DNA of 64,000 nucleotides, from positions 401,240 through 465,239 of the forward strand of contig CAVQCI010000007.1 in assembly GCA_963710985.1 (NCBI GenBank). The letters are read 5' to 3'. The notes beneath the pieces were generated by a model. That model did no database searches and was not told where the DNA came from. It saw only the letters and a program-made list of their open reading frames with translations. Source of the DNA: an uncultured Actinomycetes bacterium (GTDB taxonomy: Bacteria > Actinomycetota > UBA4738 > HRBIN12). A program made the translations under genes and the position numbers. Within the stretch, counting starts at the first letter, position 1; each line of letters opens with the position of its first letter. This document shows, in pieces, positions 47,865-59,490 of the stretch.

Positions 47865-49054
47865 GTGCCGACGACCGGAGCTCGCCGCCGAACGCGCCGG
47901 GGTGCGGGGACCGCCGCCCTCCTGCTGCTGCTGGCGCTGTTGGTGGTGCTGGCGGCCCCCGCGATCGCCCAGGAGAGCCCCTCCCCCTCGGCGAGCCCGA
48001 CCACGGAACCCTCCCCGAGCACCGAGCCGAGCCCGTCCGATACCCCCTCCCCTCCGACCCCGACCGACACGGGCAGCACCACGGCGCCGGGACCGGGCGG
48101 CGGGGGCTCCGGTGGCGGGACGGGCGGCTCCGGTGGCGGGACGGGCGGCGCGGGCGGAGGCGTCACCCTGTCGCTGCCCGGTGGATCCGGGCCGGGCGAT
48201 CCGTTCCCCGAGGCGCCCGGGTACGTACGGCGCATGCCGAAGGACGGGGAGAGCCGGGACTGGCGCGGATGGAAGCCGGACCCTCGCTGGGGGACCTACA
48301 ACACCGCCGCGCTCGACGCGCTCGCGGCCAAGCGCCGCGCGCAGGGCTGGTCGGACGTCGAGATCGCGGAGCAGAGTACGCGCCGTTCATCGTGGAAGGG
48401 CCGGCGGCGTGGTCGGACTCGTGGGGCGCACCTCGCTGGGACGGCTACTACCACCCGCATCACGGTCAGGACGTGCTCTGCCCGTACGGGGCGCCGGTGC
48501 TGGCGGTCGAGGCCGGCACGATCGCCTACGGCTACGACTCCCTCGGGGGCAACGCCGCCTACCTGCAGCGCGGCGACGGGAGCTTCTGGTACTACGCCCA
48601 CCTCAGCAGCTACGCGCCGAACCTGCGCAGCGGGATGCAGGTGGACAAGGGGGAGATGATCGGGCGGTGCGGCGCTACGGGCGACGCGTCCGTCCCCCAC
48701 GTCCACTTCTGCTTCTTCACGGCCAACCACGACGCCGTGGACCCGATGCCCTCGCTCGTGCACTGGCTGCACGTGGCGGAGGAGCGCGCCGGCGTGGGGC
48801 GGAGCCGGCCGAACGAGCACGCGAAGCCGCTCGACGAGGCCGAGCACGCGAGGGCACCGCACGCGCCGCCGACCGGCACCGTCACCGGGACCGTGAGCGA
48901 AGGGCCCCCGCTCGGGGCGCCCGCACTGACCGCCGTGCGCGACATCTCGTCGCGCACGCTCGGAACGGCCGCGGGGCTCGTGGTCTTCGCGCTCGGCCTC
49001 ACCTGGGCCGGACGGCGCTCGAGCCGCGGGGGCGAGGTCGGCTCCCGCCGGTAG
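47865..49054 (+). pseudogene. M23 family metallopeptidase (signal peptide, P/S- and Gly-rich linkers, C-terminal anchor), frame broken by one missing base
   Basis: GTG 47865. ...LLLALLVVLAAPAIAQE...RRAQGWSDVEIAEQ is in frame 1. YAPFIVEGPAAW...HHGQDVL...PHVHFCFF... is in frame 2. The junction is near 48375. Length is 1190 nt (3n+2). Confidence 0.75.
48105..48146. repeat. perfect 21-bp tandem duplication in the Gly-rich linker
   Basis: ggctccggtggcgggacgggc occurs twice (48105-48125 and 48126-48146). It encodes GSGGGTG twice. Confidence 0.85.
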
Positions 49055-49069
49055 TCGAACGCCCGCGGC

Positions 49070-49844
49070 CTACGCGGGACGCGCGCCGTTGCGCGCCGTC
49101 AGGATCTCCCGCCCGTGCTCGGTCACCGCGACCGTGTGCTCGAAGTGGGCGGACAGCGTGCCGTCGGCCGTGACGACGGTCCACCCGTCGGCCATCACGC
49201 GGGTGTCGTCGCCGCCGAGGTTCAGCATCGGCTCGAGGGCGATCACGAGCCCCGGCCGCATGTCCGGACCGCGCCCCGGCGGCCCCCAGTTCTGGATGAA
49301 CGGGTCCTCGTGCAGCTTGCGGCCGACCCCGTGCCCGCCGTACTCGCGGACGATCCCGAGCCCGGCCGCGGCGGCCACCGTCTCGATCGCGTGCCCGATG
49401 TCGGAGAGCTTCGCGCCCGGGTGCACCGTGGCGATCGCGGCGTCGAGCGCCTCCTCGGTGCTGCGCACGAGCCGCTCGGCGTCGGGGCTAGGCGCCGTGC
49501 CGCCGACGAACACCGTGACGGCGGAGTCGGCGTGGAAGCCCTCCCAGATCGCCCCGAAGTCGAGCGAGAGCAGATCGCCCTGGTGCAACGTCCGCGCCCG
49601 CGACGGGATCCCGTGAACGATCTCGTTGTTGATCGACGCGCAGATCGTGGCGGGGAACCCGCGGTAGCCCTTGAAGGAGGGCACCGCGCCCTCGTCGCGG
49701 ATGTGTCGCTCGGCGACGCGGTCGAGGTCCAGCGTCGTCGCGCCGGGAACGACCGCCTCGAGCACCCGCTCGATCGTGTCCGCGGTGATGCGTCCGGCGC
49801 GGCGCATCTTCGCGAGCTCGTCGGCCGACTTGCGGATCGATCAT
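49070..49844 (-). pseudogene. map: type I methionyl aminopeptidase, frame broken two codons after the start
   Basis: ATG 49844 gives MI, then one extra base (about 49838). After that, IRKSADELAKMRRAGRITAD...HGIP...DFGA...GHGVG...EPM...FEHT reads in the next frame. Length is 775 nt (3n+1). Confidence 0.85.
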
Positions 49845-49866
49845 CCCTTCCTCACCCCTCGGCCCC

Positions 49867-50517
49867 TCACAGGACGTCCGCGAGCGCCGACAGCATCCGT
49901 TCGGTGACGTCGTCGGGGGTGGCCTCCGCGTTCACCTCGCGGAGCAGACCGCGCTCCCAGTAGAAGAGCTCCAACGGCTCGGTCTGCTGGCGGTAGGTGG
50001 CCAGCCGGCGCTTCACCGTCAGCTCGTCCTCGTCGCTCCGCTTCTCCAGCGGGGAGCCGTCGAAGTCGCACGTGAGATCGTTGGCCGGAGGCTTCCACTC
50101 GATGTGGTAGGTCCGTTTGCACACGCCGCAGGTGAAGCGGCCGGTGATCCGGCGGATCGCGGTGCGGTCGGAGATCGTGAACTTCACGACCGCCGTGAGC
50201 GGGGTGCCGGCGTCGGCGAGCGCGCCCTCGAGCGCCTGGGCCTGCGGCACGGTGCGCGGGAACCCGTCGAGGATGAACCCCTTCGAGGCGTCGGGCTCCT
50301 GGAGCCGCTCGTTCACCATCCGCACGACGAGCACGTCGGGGACGTATGCCCCGTGGTCCATGTAGGTTCGCGCCTCGATCCCGAGCGCCGTGCCGCTCTG
50401 CACGTGCTCGCGCAGGATGTCGCCCGTCGAGATCTGGGGGATGTCCAGCTGCTCGCACAAGACCCGAGCCTGGGTCCCCTTCCCCGCGCCGGGCAGTCCG
50501 AGGAAGACGAACCGCAT
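49867..50517 (-). CDS. adk: adenylate kinase (Zn-type LID: CxxC-x16-CxxD)
   Basis: 216 aa. MRFVFLGLPGAGKGTQ..., LID CGVCKRTYH...CDFDG. Confidence 0.95.
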   Translation of the reverse strand: MRFVFLGLPGAGKGTQARVLCEQLDIPQISTGDILREHVQSGTALGIEARTYMDHGAYVPDVLVVRMVNERLQEPDASKGFILDGFPRTVPQAQALEGALADAGTPLTAVVKFTISDRTAIRRITGRFTCGVCKRTYHIEWKPPANDLTCDFDGSPLEKRSDEDELTVKRRLATYRQQTEPLELFYWERGLLREVNAEATPDDVTERMLSALADVL

Positions 50518-50523
50518 GGCCGA

Positions 50524-51800
50524 CTACCGCAGGAAGCCCTCGTAGTGGCGCATCAACAGCTGCGACTCGATCTGCTTCATCGTCTCGAGCGCGACGCCCA
50601 CCGCGATCAGCATCGATGTGCCGCCGAACGGGAACTGGTTCAGGTTCCACACGGCGAGCACGACCGTCGGGATCAGGGCGATCGCGGCGAGGAACAGCGA
50701 GCCCGGGAGCGTGATGCGTACCAGGATGTCGTTGAGGTAGTCGGCGGTGGGGGGACCGGGGCGGATCCCGGGGATGAACCCGCCTTGCTTGCGCAGGTTG
50801 TCGGCCGTCCGCACGGGGTCGAACTGGATCGCCGTGTAGAAGTAGGCGAAGAAGATGATCAGCGAGGCCAGGATCACCATGTACAGCAGGCTCCGCTGGT
50901 TCTGGATGTAGTTGTTGACGAAGTCCTGCAGCCACTGCGCGTGCACGACGCTCGCGATCAGCACCGGGAAGTACATCACCGAGGTCGCGAAGATGATCGG
51001 ATGACGCCGGCCTGGTTCACCTTGAGCGGCAGGTAGGTGCTGGTGCCGCCCATCATCTTTCGCCCGACCACGCGTTTGGCGTACTGCACCGGCACGCGGC
51101 GCTGCCCCTGGTCCATGAACACGATCGCGACCACGATCCCGATCCCGATCACCAGGACCACGATGAACTTCCCGGCGCCGCCGGCCTGCAGGATCGAGTT
51201 CCCCTCGAACGGCAGCCGGCTGATCACGGAGGTGAAGATCAAGAGCGACATGCCGTTGCCGACGCCTCGCTGGGTGATCAGCTCGCCGAGCCACATGATC
51301 ATCGCGGTGCCCGCCGTCATCACGAGCACGATCAGCAACACGTTGGCCACCGTGAAGGTGCCGGGCGGGAAGATGCTCTGCTGCAGACCGACCGCCTGCG
51401 GGTTGTTGAACAGGAAGACCAGCCCCGTGGATTGGAGCAGGGCCAGCACGACCGTGACGTAGCGGGTCCACTGGTTGATCTTCTTGACGCCGGTCTCACC
51501 CTCATCCTGCCACTGCGTCAGCTTGGGGATCACGACCGTGAGGAGCTGCATGATGATCGAGCTCGTGATGTACGGCATGATCCCGAGCGAGAACACCGAG
51601 AACCGGGTGAGCCCGCCGCCCGAGAACAGGTTGATGAACGCGAGGAAGCCGCCCTGGGCGGCCTGGTTCAGCTGCGTGACGTCGACCACCGGCACCGGCA
51701 CGTGCGAGCCGAACCGGTAGACGGCGATGATGAACAGCGTGAACAGGATCTTGTTCCGGAGGTCCGGAACCTTGAACGCGTTGAGGAATGCGCGCAGCAC
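50524..51800 (-). pseudogene. secY: preprotein translocase subunit SecY, frame broken by one missing base
   Basis: GTG 51800. ...TSTYLPLKVNQAGVI is in one frame and PIIFATSVMYFPVLIAS...MRHYEGFLR in another. Coding-strand atccgatc should read atcccgatc (plus strand 50999-51000). Length is 1277 nt (3n+2). Confidence 0.93.
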
Positions 51801-51819
51801 GGTTCGCTAAGGGTACCCC

Positions 51820-52254
51820 TCAGGCGATCGTCTCGGTGCGGCCGCCGGCCGCCTCGATCTTCGCCTTCGCGGCCTCGGAGAACGCGTGGGCGCGCACCGT
51901 GAGCGCCTTGTCGATGTCGCCGCGGCCGAGGACCTTGACCGGCTGCCCCTTGTGCACGAGCCCGTGCGCGTACAGGGACTCCGGCGAGACCTCGCCCTCG
52001 AAGTACTTCGCGAGCTGCTCGACGTTCACGGCCGCGTACTCGACCCGGTTCGGGTTCTTGAACCCCTTGAGCTTCGGGATCCGCCGCGACAGGGGCATCT
52101 GTCCGCCCTCGAAGTAGTCGGGGACGTTCTTGCGGGCCCCGGTGCCCTTCGTGCCGCGGCCCGCCGTCTTGCCGCGCGTGCCCGCACGGCCGCGGCCGAC
52201 CCGCGTCCTGTCCTTCGTGGCGCCCTCGGCGGGGCGCAGGTGATGGAGCTTCAC
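51820..52254 (-). CDS. rplO: 50S ribosomal protein L15
   Basis: 144 aa from GTG 52254 (GTGA overlap with rpmD). [33 protein letters not shown]. Confidence 0.93.
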   Translation of the reverse strand: MKLHHLRPAEGATKDRTRVGRGRAGTRGKTAGRGTKGTGARKNVPDYFEGGQMPLSRRIPKLKGFKNPNRVEYAAVNVEQLAKYFEGEVSPESLYAHGLVHKGQPVKVLGRGDIDKALTVRAHAFSEAAKAKIEAAGGRTETIA

Positions 52255-52481
52255 TGGTCCCCTTCCTTCGCCGCCGCCGGGCGTCGCTTCGCGCGGCCCT
52301 CGGCGACCTCCTCGACCGTGACCAGGTGACGGACCTTGGCGAGCATCCCGCGGATCTCGGGGCGGTCCTGCTTGATCACGGTGTCGTGCATCCGGCGCAG
52401 ACCGAGCCGGCGGACCGTGTCCTTCTGGTCCTTCGGCCGGCCGATCACGCTGCGGACCTGGGTCACCTTCAGCGTGCTCAT
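52251..52481 (-). CDS. rpmD: 50S ribosomal protein L30 (with a short basic C-terminal extension)
   Basis: 76 aa. [31 protein letters not shown]... Confidence 0.9.
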   Translation of the reverse strand: MSTLKVTQVRSVIGRPKDQKDTVRRLGLRRMHDTVIKQDRPEIRGMLAKVRHLVTVEEVAEGRAKRRPAAAKEGDQ

Positions 52482-53110
52482 CGTCGTCCCCCACGCGGGG
52501 CCGAGGACTCGGGCGTCGCGATCCCGTACTGCTCGGTGAGCGCCTCGGCGCGCGCCGCGTTGATCCGCGTCTCGGCGGCCTCGACCGCCTCGAGCATCGC
52601 CCTGGGCGCCACCTGGTGCACCTCACGGCCGCGCGCCTTCGCCACGTCGGCGGGCTTACGCAACGACTGCAGGCCGGCCACCGCCGCCTTCACGATGTTG
52701 ATCTGGTTCGAGGAGCCCATCGACTTGGACAGGATGTCCTTGATCCCGGCGCACTCGACGAGCGCGCGCACCGGACCGCCGGCGATCACGCCGGTCCCCG
52801 GCGCCGCCGGCTTGAGCATGACCACCCCGGCCCCGGCCTCGCCGAGCACCTCGTGCGGGATCGTCGTGCCCATCATCGGCACCTCGAACATCTTGCGCCG
52901 GGCCTCCTCGACGCCCTTGGCGATCGCGGCCGGCACCTCCTTCGCCTTGCCGTAGCCGACGCCGACGCGGCCCGCGCCGTCGCCCACGACGACCAGCGCA
53001 GCGAACGAGAACCGGCGGCCGCCCTTGACGACCTTGGCCACCCGGTTGATCGAGATGACCCGCTCCTCGAACGGGCTCTTCTCTTCGTTCCTCGCGTCGT
53101 AACGTCGCAT
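52478..53110 (-). CDS. rpsE: 30S ribosomal protein S5
   Basis: 210 aa from ATG 53110. [45 protein letters not shown]... Confidence 0.93.
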   Translation of the reverse strand: MRRYDARNEEKSPFEERVISINRVAKVVKGGRRFSFAALVVVGDGAGRVGVGYGKAKEVPAAIAKGVEEARRKMFEVPMMGTTIPHEVLGEAGAGVVMLKPAAPGTGVIAGGPVRALVECAGIKDILSKSMGSSNQINIVKAAVAGLQSLRKPADVAKARGREVHQVAPRAMLEAVEAAETRINAARAEALTEQYGIATPESSAPRGGRR

Positions 53111-53458
53111 CAGAATCTGCAGTCCTCCCTCACGTGCGCCCTCGGCGACCGCGGCCACGCGGCCGTGGTACTGGCGCCCGCCGCGGTCGAAGACCGCGGC
53201 CTCGATCCCCGCTTCCTTGGCCCGGCCGGCGAGCAGCTGCCCGACGGCCTTCGCCCGGTCGGTGGGGCTGTCGCCCGCGACCTCGGTGTCGGATGCCGCC
53301 GCGACCGTCACGGCCTGCGCGTCGTCGATCAGCTGCGCGTAGACGTGGCGGTTCGAGCGGTACACGGCCAGCCGCGGACGCGTCTTGGAACCGGTGACCT
53401 TCTTGCGCACGCGGGCGTGGCGGCGCACGCGGGCCTCTCGCTTCGTCTTGGCTTCCAT
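53110..53458 (-). pseudogene. rplR: 50S ribosomal protein L18 whose stop codon is lost through one extra base (reads through into rpsE)
   Basis: ...[16 protein letters not shown] is followed by attctgatg. Without the a (plus strand 53116) it reads ttc tga, i.e. GLQF-stop overlapping the rpsE ATG. As given, L18 and S5 form one 327-aa ORF (52478..53461). Confidence 0.8.
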
Positions 53459-54006
53459 CACGCGGCACCCTTCGCAGCCTTGCCGGCCTTCTTGCGCACG
53501 ACCTCGTCCTCGTAGCGGATCCCCTTGCCCTTGTACGGCTCGGGCTTGCGGATCTTCCGGATGTTCGCGGCGACCTCGCCCACCTGAGCCTTGTCGTTGC
53601 CGCGGATCACGATCGACGTCGCGGTCGGCACCTCGAACTCGATCCCCTCGGGCTGGGGCACGAGCACCGGGTGCGAGTAGCCCACCTGGAGCTCGATGTC
53701 CTTGCCCTTGAGCGCCGCGCGGTAACCGACGCCCACGATCGACAGGCGCTTCTCGAAGCCCTTCGTGACCCCGTCGACCATGTTCGCGAGCAGGGTCCGC
53801 GTCAGGCCGTGCAGGCCCCGGTTGAAGCCCTCGTCGTCGGGGCGCTCGACGCGCGCCGCGCCGTCTTCGACCACGATCGTCATGTTCGGGTGCATCGTCT
53901 GGCTCAGCGTGCCGCGCGGGCCCTTGACCGTGACCAGGCTGCCCTCGGCCACCGACACCTCGACCCCGCTCGGGATCGCGACGGGCTGCTTTCCGATCCG
54001 ACTCAT
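53458..54006 (-). CDS. rplF: 50S ribosomal protein L6
   Basis: 182 aa. [19 protein letters not shown]... Confidence 0.95.
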   Translation of the reverse strand: MSRIGKQPVAIPSGVEVSVAEGSLVTVKGPRGTLSQTMHPNMTIVVEDGAARVERPDDEGFNRGLHGLTRTLLANMVDGVTKGFEKRLSIVGVGYRAALKGKDIELQVGYSHPVLVPQPEGIEFEVPTATSIVIRGNDKAQVGEVAANIRKIRKPEPYKGKGIRYEDEVVRKKAGKAAKGAA

Positions 54007-54013
54007 CCGCTCA

Positions 54014-54442
54014 TCACCACACGTAGGCGAGGACCTCGCCGCCGATCCCTCGGCGGGCCGCCTCGCGGTCGGTCACGACGCCCTGCGACGTCGACACGAT
54101 CGCGATCCCGAGACCGCCCATCACCTTGGGCAGGTCGCCGCGACCGCGGTAGATCCGCCGCCCGGGCTTGGACACCCGGCGCAGGCCGGTGATCGTCCGC
54201 GCGCGGCGCGGGCCGTACTTCAGCTGGATCCGGAACGCCGCCTGGACGCCTTCGCCCTCGCGCTCGTACGCGCCGATGTAGCCCTCGGCCGCGAGGATGT
54301 CCAAGATCGCGCCCGACAGTTTGGACACGGGCGCCACCAGCTCGTCCTTGTAGGCGAGGTTCGCGTTGCGGATCCGCGTCAGCAGATCGGCGACCGGGTC
54401 CGAGATGTTCGAGGAGAAGTGCACCGTCTTCGTGCTCACCAT
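54014..54442 (-). CDS. rpsH: 30S ribosomal protein S8
   Basis: 142 aa from ATG 54442. ...[17 protein letters not shown]..., ends GGEVLAYVW. Confidence 0.92.
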   Translation of the reverse strand: MVSTKTVHFSSNISDPVADLLTRIRNANLAYKDELVAPVSKLSGAILDILAAEGYIGAYEREGEGVQAAFRIQLKYGPRRARTITGLRRVSKPGRRIYRGRGDLPKVMGGLGIAIVSTSQGVVTDREAARRGIGGEVLAYVW

Positions 54443-54621
54443 GACGCCTTCGTCACCCCCGGCAGCTCGCCCAGGTGCGCCAGCTCGCGGAAGCACACCC
54501 GGCAGAGCATGAACTTGCGGTACACGGCGCGGGGGCGGCCACACCGCTGGCAGCGGGTGTACGCACGCACGCGGTACTTCGGCTTCGCCTGCTGCTTGTT
54601 GATCAGGGCCTTCTTCGCCAT
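54436..54621 (-). CDS. rpsZ: 30S ribosomal protein S14 type Z (zinc-binding)
   Basis: 61 aa. [61 protein letters not shown]. Confidence 0.9.
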   Translation of the reverse strand: MAKKALINKQQAKPKYRVRAYTRCQRCGRPRAVYRKFMLCRVCFRELAHLGELPGVTKASW

Positions 54622-54650
54622 GCCTTCTGCGTCCTCTCGGCCGTGTCCGC

Positions 54651-55223
54651 TCAGCCCGCCACGGGTTCCGTCTGCAGCGGGAACCCGAGCGCGAGCAGCA
54701 ACGCCCGTCCTTGGTCGTCGGTGCTCGCGGTGGTCACGATCGTGATGTCCATCCCGCGCACCTTCGCCACCTTGTCGTAATCGATCTCGGGGAAGATCAG
54801 CTGCTCCGTCACCCCGAACGTGTAGTTGCCGTGCCCGTCGAACGCGTTGGGGTTCAGACCCCGGAAGTCGCGGATCCGCGGGAGCGACAGCGACACGAGC
54901 CGGTCGAAGAACTCCCACATCCGGTCCCCGCGGAGCGTGACCTTGACGCCGATCGGCTGGCCCTGACGCAGCTTGAACCCGGCGATCGACTTGCGCGCCT
55001 TCGTGATCACCGGCTTCTGCCCGGTGATGATCGTGACGTCCTCGACGGCGGCGTCGAGCATCCGCCCGTCCTTCAGGGCGTCGCCGACCCCCATGTTCAC
55101 CACGATCTTCTCCAGGCGCGGCACCTGCATCACGTTGGCCAGCCCGAGCTGTTCCTTCAGCTGCGGCACCAGCTCGTCGCGGTAGCGCACCTTGAGCCGC
55201 GGTACGTATCCGTTCTCAGCCAT
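54651..55223 (-). CDS. rplE: 50S ribosomal protein L5
   Basis: 190 aa from ATG 55223. [40 protein letters not shown]. Confidence 0.95.
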   Translation of the reverse strand: MAENGYVPRLKVRYRDELVPQLKEQLGLANVMQVPRLEKIVVNMGVGDALKDGRMLDAAVEDVTIITGQKPVITKARKSIAGFKLRQGQPIGVKVTLRGDRMWEFFDRLVSLSLPRIRDFRGLNPNAFDGHGNYTFGVTEQLIFPEIDYDKVAKVRGMDITIVTTASTDDQGRALLLALGFPLQTEPVAG

Positions 55224-55561
55224 CACTGCTCCTGCCCGCACTTGCGACAGATCCGGACCTTCACGCCGTCGGCGCTCACCCCGTGCCCGACCCGCGTCGG
55301 CTCGTGACAGTGCTTGCACACGAGCATGACGTTGGAGATGTCCACGAACGTTTCGACGTCGATGATGCCCCCCTGCTGCAGCTGGGTGCCCGCCGACGTC
55401 CGGCGCCCGGTCGTCTTCGAGTGCTTCTTCGCGAGCGCCACGCCGTCGACCATGACCCGGCGCTCCTCGGGCAGCACGCGGACCACGCGGCCTTCCTTGC
55501 CGCGGTCCTTACCCGCGATCACGCGGACCGTGTCGTCCTTCTTGATGTCGACGCCCGCCAC
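55223..55561 (-). CDS. rplX: 50S ribosomal protein L24 with C-terminal CxxC...CxxC zinc ribbon
   Basis: 112 aa, GTG start. ...[20 protein letters not shown]...[28 protein letters not shown]. Confidence 0.93.
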   Translation of the reverse strand: MAGVDIKKDDTVRVIAGKDRGKEGRVVRVLPEERRVMVDGVALAKKHSKTTGRRTSAGTQLQQGGIIDVETFVDISNVMLVCKHCHEPTRVGHGVSADGVKVRICRKCGQEQ

Positions 55562-55933
55562 CTACAACACCTCCGGGGCCAGCGAGATGATCTTCATGAA
55601 CCGCTTCTCGCGGAGCTCGCGCGCGACCGGTCCGAAGATGCGCGTGCCGCGCGGGTTCTTCGCGTCACCGGTCAGCAGCACCACCGCGTTGTCGTCGAAC
55701 CGGATGTAGGAGCCGTCGGGGCGGCGGCGCTCCTTCGCGGTGCGCACGACGACCGCCTTCACGACGTCGCCCTTCTTCACGCCGGCGTTGGGCAGCGCGT
55801 CCTTGACCGTGCCGACGATCACGTCGCCGACGCCGGCGTAGCGGCGCGCCGAGCCGCCGAGCACGCGGATGCACAGCACCTCTTTGGCACCCGTGTTGTC
55901 GGCGACCTTGCAGCGCGTCTCCTGCTGGATCAC
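55562..55933 (-). CDS. rplN: 50S ribosomal protein L14
   Basis: 123 aa from GTG 55933 (GTGA overlap with rpsQ). [26 protein letters not shown]. Confidence 0.95.
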   Translation of the reverse strand: MIQQETRCKVADNTGAKEVLCIRVLGGSARRYAGVGDVIVGTVKDALPNAGVKKGDVVKAVVVRTAKERRRPDGSYIRFDDNAVVLLTGDAKNPRGTRIFGPVARELREKRFMKIISLAPEVL

Positions 55934-56211
55934 TTCGCACGCTCCACGATCTCCACGACCCGCCACCGCTTCGTCTTGGACAGCGGCCGGGTCTCCACCA
56001 CGCGCACCGTGTCACCCACGTGCGCGTCGTTCTGCTCGTCGTGCGCGGCGAGCTTCGAGGACCGGCGCACGGTCTTGCCGTACAGCCGGTGGCGCACCTG
56101 GCGGTCGATCCGCACGAGGACGGTCTTGTCCATCGCGTCGGACACGACCACGCCCGTGCGCACCTTGCGCCGGCCGCGCTCGGCCTGCTCGGTCGTTCCT
56201 TGCTCGCTCAC
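55930..56211 (-). CDS. rpsQ: 30S ribosomal protein S17
   Basis: 93 aa, GTG 56211 (GTGA overlap with rpmC). [32 protein letters not shown]. Confidence 0.93.
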   Translation of the reverse strand: MSEQGTTEQAERGRRKVRTGVVVSDAMDKTVLVRIDRQVRHRLYGKTVRRSSKLAAHDEQNDAHVGDTVRVVETRPLSKTKRWRVVEIVERAK

Positions 56212-56483
56212 TGCGTCTCTCCGTCTTCGTGCGTCTGGTCGTCGTGCGGCTGCGGGGCCTCGGTCGCGACGATCGCGTCGAGCTCCTCCTCGATCTCGCG
56301 CTCGCGCAGGACCGTGGCGATCCGCGCCAGGTCGTGGCGGAGCTCCTTCAGCCGGGCGGTGTTGTCGAGCTGACCGGTCGCCAGCTGGAACCGCAGGTTG
56401 AAGAGCTCCTCCTTGGCGCTCTCCATCCGCGCGTAGAGCTCGTCCTCGGGCAGCTCCCGCAGCTCGGCAGCCTTGCTCGGCAT
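56208..56483 (-). CDS. rpmC: 50S ribosomal protein L29 (acidic C-terminal extension)
   Basis: 91 aa. ...[49 protein letters not shown]. Confidence 0.9.
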   Translation of the reverse strand: MPSKAAELRELPEDELYARMESAKEELFNLRFQLATGQLDNTARLKELRHDLARIATVLREREIEEELDAIVATEAPQPHDDQTHEDGETQ

Positions 56484-56487
56484 CGCG

Positions 56488-56901
56488 TTACTCCCCCACC
56501 CGGGTGATGAACTTCGTCTTGATCGGCAGCTTGTGCTGCGCGCGGAGCATCGCCTCGCGCGCCAGCCCTTCGGACACCCCGGCCAGCTCGAACATCACGC
56601 GGCCGGGCTTGACGACCGCGACCCACCCCTCGGGATTGCCCTTGCCCGAGCCCATCCGGGTCTCGGCGGGCTTCTTCGTGACCGGCTTGTCGGGGAAGAT
56701 CGTGATCCAGACCTTGCCGCCGCGCTTGATGTGGCGCGTCATCGCGACACGGCTGGCCTCGATCTGCCGGTTCGTGATCCAGCCCGGCTCCATCGCCACG
56801 ATCGCGAAGTCACCGTACTGGATGTCGGTGTGGCCCTTGGCCTTGCCCCGCATGTTGCCGCGGTGCTGCTTGCGGTGCTTCACCCGCTTGGGCGCGAGCA
56901 T
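56488..56901 (-). CDS. rplP: 50S ribosomal protein L16
   Basis: 137 aa. [23 protein letters not shown]... Confidence 0.95.
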   Translation of the reverse strand: MLAPKRVKHRKQHRGNMRGKAKGHTDIQYGDFAIVAMEPGWITNRQIEASRVAMTRHIKRGGKVWITIFPDKPVTKKPAETRMGSGKGNPEGWVAVVKPGRVMFELAGVSEGLAREAMLRAQHKLPIKTKFITRVGE

Positions 56902-57737
56902 CAGGACTCACCGCCTTCGATCGGAGCCGCCTGGGCTTCCGCCGGCGCGGGCGCGGGCGCGGCCACGGTCGCGGGCTCGGCCGCCTGCGGGGCCGGCCGG
57001 CGCTCGGAGCGCTCCGGTCGGTCTCCGGTCGGACGCGGGCCACGGGCGCGCGCGGTGGCGCGGGCGCGGGCGCGCTGCGTCTCCTGCTCGCGGTAGGGCA
57101 CCTCGTCGCCGTGGTAGACCCAGACCTTCACGCCGATCCGCCCGAACGTGGTCTTCGCCTCGGCGGTGCCGTAGTCGACCTTCGCTCGCAGGGTGTGCAG
57201 CGGCACGCGGCCCTCGCGGTACCACTCGCGGCGGCCCATCTCCGATCCGCCCAGGCGGCCGGCGGCGGCGACCCGCACGCCGAGGGCGCCCGAGCGCATC
57301 GCGGTCTGGACGGCGCGGCGCATCGCGCGGCGGAAGGCGACGCGGCCGGCCAGCTGCTCGGCGACGCCCTGCGCGAGCAGCGCGGCGTCGGTCTCGGGCC
57401 GGACCTCGCTCGAGGCCTGGTTCATGTCCTCGACCTTCACGTCGACGCGCTTCTTCGTGTAGCGCTCGACGTCCTTGCGCAGGCGGTCCACCTCGGCGCC
57501 CTTGCGCCCGATCACGATGCCGGGACGCGCGGTGCGGATGAACACCCAGATCTGGTCGCCCTTGCGCTCGATGTCGATCGACGAGATGCCGGCGCGGGTC
57601 AGCCGGGTCCGGATGTGCTTGCGGATCCAGATGTCCTCGTGCAGCTGGTCGGCGTAGTCGCGGTCGGCGAACCAGTTGCTCTTCCAGGGGTAGATGACCC
57701 CGAGCCGGAACCCGTACGGGTGGATCTTGTGTCCCAC
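56901..57737 (-). CDS. rpsC: 30S ribosomal protein S3 (long Ala/Pro/Arg-rich C-terminal tail)
   Basis: 278 aa, GTG start. [23 protein letters not shown]... Confidence 0.95.
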   Translation of the reverse strand: MGHKIHPYGFRLGVIYPWKSNWFADRDYADQLHEDIWIRKHIRTRLTRAGISSIDIERKGDQIWVFIRTARPGIVIGRKGAEVDRLRKDVERYTKKRVDVKVEDMNQASSEVRPETDAALLAQGVAEQLAGRVAFRRAMRRAVQTAMRSGALGVRVAAAGRLGGSEMGRREWYREGRVPLHTLRAKVDYGTAEAKTTFGRIGVKVWVYHGDEVPYREQETQRARARATARARGPRPTGDRPERSERRPAPQAAEPATVAAPAPAPAEAQAAPIEGGES

Positions 57738-58087
57738 TAGGACTCGTCTCCCATCGTCTCGACCACGAGCGTCACGTGCGACGTGCGCTTGCGGACGCGC
57801 GTGGCGCGACCGTAGGCACGCGGACGGAACCGCTTGAGCGTCGGACCCTCGTCGACCCAGACGCGCGCCACGACCAGGTTCTCCGCGATCACGCCGGGCT
57901 TGGACTCGGCGTTGGCGATCGCGCTGTTCAGCAGCTTCTCCATGTCGTGGGAAGCGCCGAGGCCGGAGAACCGCAGGATCCGCCGCGCCTCCTCGACGTG
58001 CTGACCGCGGATCAGATCGACGGCCCGCCGCATCTTCCGCGGTGAGGTGCGGACGTACTTCATCGTCGCGCGAGACTCGGTCGTCAT
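57737..58087 (-). CDS. rplV: 50S ribosomal protein L22
   Basis: 116 aa from ATG 58087 (ATGA overlap with rpsS). [23 protein letters not shown]. Confidence 0.93.
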   Translation of the reverse strand: MTTESRATMKYVRTSPRKMRRAVDLIRGQHVEEARRILRFSGLGASHDMEKLLNSAIANAESKPGVIAENLVVARVWVDEGPTLKRFRPRAYGRATRVRKRTSHVTLVVETMGDES

Positions 58088-58365
58088 CGCGCCCCCGTCC
58101 TGCGCTCGTCCCGCGCGTGCGAGCGGAACGTGCGGGTGGGCGCGAACTCGCCGAGCTTGTGCCCCACCATCGACTCGGACACGAACACCGGCACGTGCTT
58201 GCGGCCGTCGTGCACGGCGAGCGTGTGCCCGATCATCTCCGGCACCACCGTCGAGCGGCGCGACCACGTCCGGATCACGCGCTTCTCGCCCTTCTTGTTC
58301 ATGTCGTCGACCTTGCGCATCAGGTGCTCGTCGACGAACGGTCCCTTCTTGATGGACCGAGGCAT
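58084..58365 (-). CDS. rpsS: 30S ribosomal protein S19
   Basis: 93 aa. [19 protein letters not shown]...[17 protein letters not shown]. Confidence 0.95.
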   Translation of the reverse strand: MPRSIKKGPFVDEHLMRKVDDMNKKGEKRVIRTWSRRSTVVPEMIGHTLAVHDGRKHVPVFVSESMVGHKLGEFAPTRTFRSHARDERRTGAR

Positions 58366-59195
58366 CAGCCACGCCCCTTTCCACGACGGCGCACGATGTA
58401 CTTGGTCGACGCCTTGTTCTTCTTGCGGGTACGACCTTCCTTCTGGCCCCACGGGGAGGACGGGTGCCGTCCGCCCGAGGACTTGCCCTCGCCGCCGCCC
58501 AGCGGGTGGTCGACCGGGTTCATCGCCACGCCGCGGACCGACGGGCGCTTGCGGGCCCAGCGCGCGCGCCCCGCCTTGCCGAGCGAGATCAGCTCGTGCT
58601 CGGCGTTGCCGACGGCGCCCACCGTCGCCTTGCAGGCGGCCGGGACCATCCGCGTCTCGCCCGAGGGCAGCCGCAGGGTCGCCATGTGGCCTTCCTTCGC
58701 CATCAGCTGGACGCTGGTGCCTGCCGAACGGGCCATCTTGGCGCCGGCGCCGGGCTTCAGCTCGATCGCGTGGATCACGGTGCCGACCGGGATGTTGCGC
58801 AGCGGCAGCGCGTTGCCGGGACGGATCTCAGCGTCGGGGCCCGACATCAGCAGGTCGCCCCGCGCCACGCCGTCGGGGGCGAGGATGTAGCGCTTCTCGC
58901 CGTCGACGTAGTGCAGCAGCGCGATCCGCGCGCTGCGGTTCGGGTCGTACTCGATGTGGGCGACCTTGGCCGGGACCCCGTCCTTGTTCCGGCGGAAGTC
59001 CACGATCCGGTAGCGACGCTTGTTGCCGCCGCCCTGGTGGCGCGCGGTGATCCGGCCGTGCACGTTGCGCCCGGCCTTGTTGCGCCCCTTGGCGACCAGC
59101 GCCTTCTCGGGCTTCGAGCGCGTGAGGTCCTCGAACGTGGAGACGCTCGCGCCGCGGCGGCCCGGCGTGGTCGGCTTGTACTTGCGGACTCCCAT
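58365..59195 (-). CDS. rplB: 50S ribosomal protein L2
   Basis: 276 aa. [21 protein letters not shown]...[18 protein letters not shown]. Confidence 0.96.
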   Translation of the reverse strand: MGVRKYKPTTPGRRGASVSTFEDLTRSKPEKALVAKGRNKAGRNVHGRITARHQGGGNKRRYRIVDFRRNKDGVPAKVAHIEYDPNRSARIALLHYVDGEKRYILAPDGVARGDLLMSGPDAEIRPGNALPLRNIPVGTVIHAIELKPGAGAKMARSAGTSVQLMAKEGHMATLRLPSGETRMVPAACKATVGAVGNAEHELISLGKAGRARWARKRPSVRGVAMNPVDHPLGGGEGKSSGGRHPSSPWGQKEGRTRKKNKASTKYIVRRRGKGRG

Positions 59196-59199
59196 GCTC

Positions 59200-59490
59200 C
59201 TACTTCCCGGTCTCGAAGATCTCGATCGCGTCGCCCTCGGCGAGCGTCACGATGGCGCGCTTCTGCGCGGCGGTGCGGCCCTTCGTCCAGCCGCGGCGCT
59301 TGGCCTTGCCCTGGCGGTTCAGCGTGTTCACCGAGGTCACGCGGACGTTCCAGATCAGCTGGACCGCCTCCTTGATCTCGGTCTTGTTCGCCCGCGGGTC
59401 GACGAGGAACGTGTAGCTGTTCTGCTCGATCCCCGCGTAGGACTTCTCCGACACGACGGGGCGGATGATCACGTCGCGAGCCGACTTCAT
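59200..59490 (-). CDS. rplW: 50S ribosomal protein L23
   Basis: 96 aa from ATG 59490 (ATGA overlap with rplD). [18 protein letters not shown]... Confidence 0.93.
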   Translation of the reverse strand: MKSARDVIIRPVVSEKSYAGIEQNSYTFLVDPRANKTEIKEAVQLIWNVRVTSVNTLNRQGKAKRRGWTKGRTAAQKRAIVTLAEGDAIEIFETGK

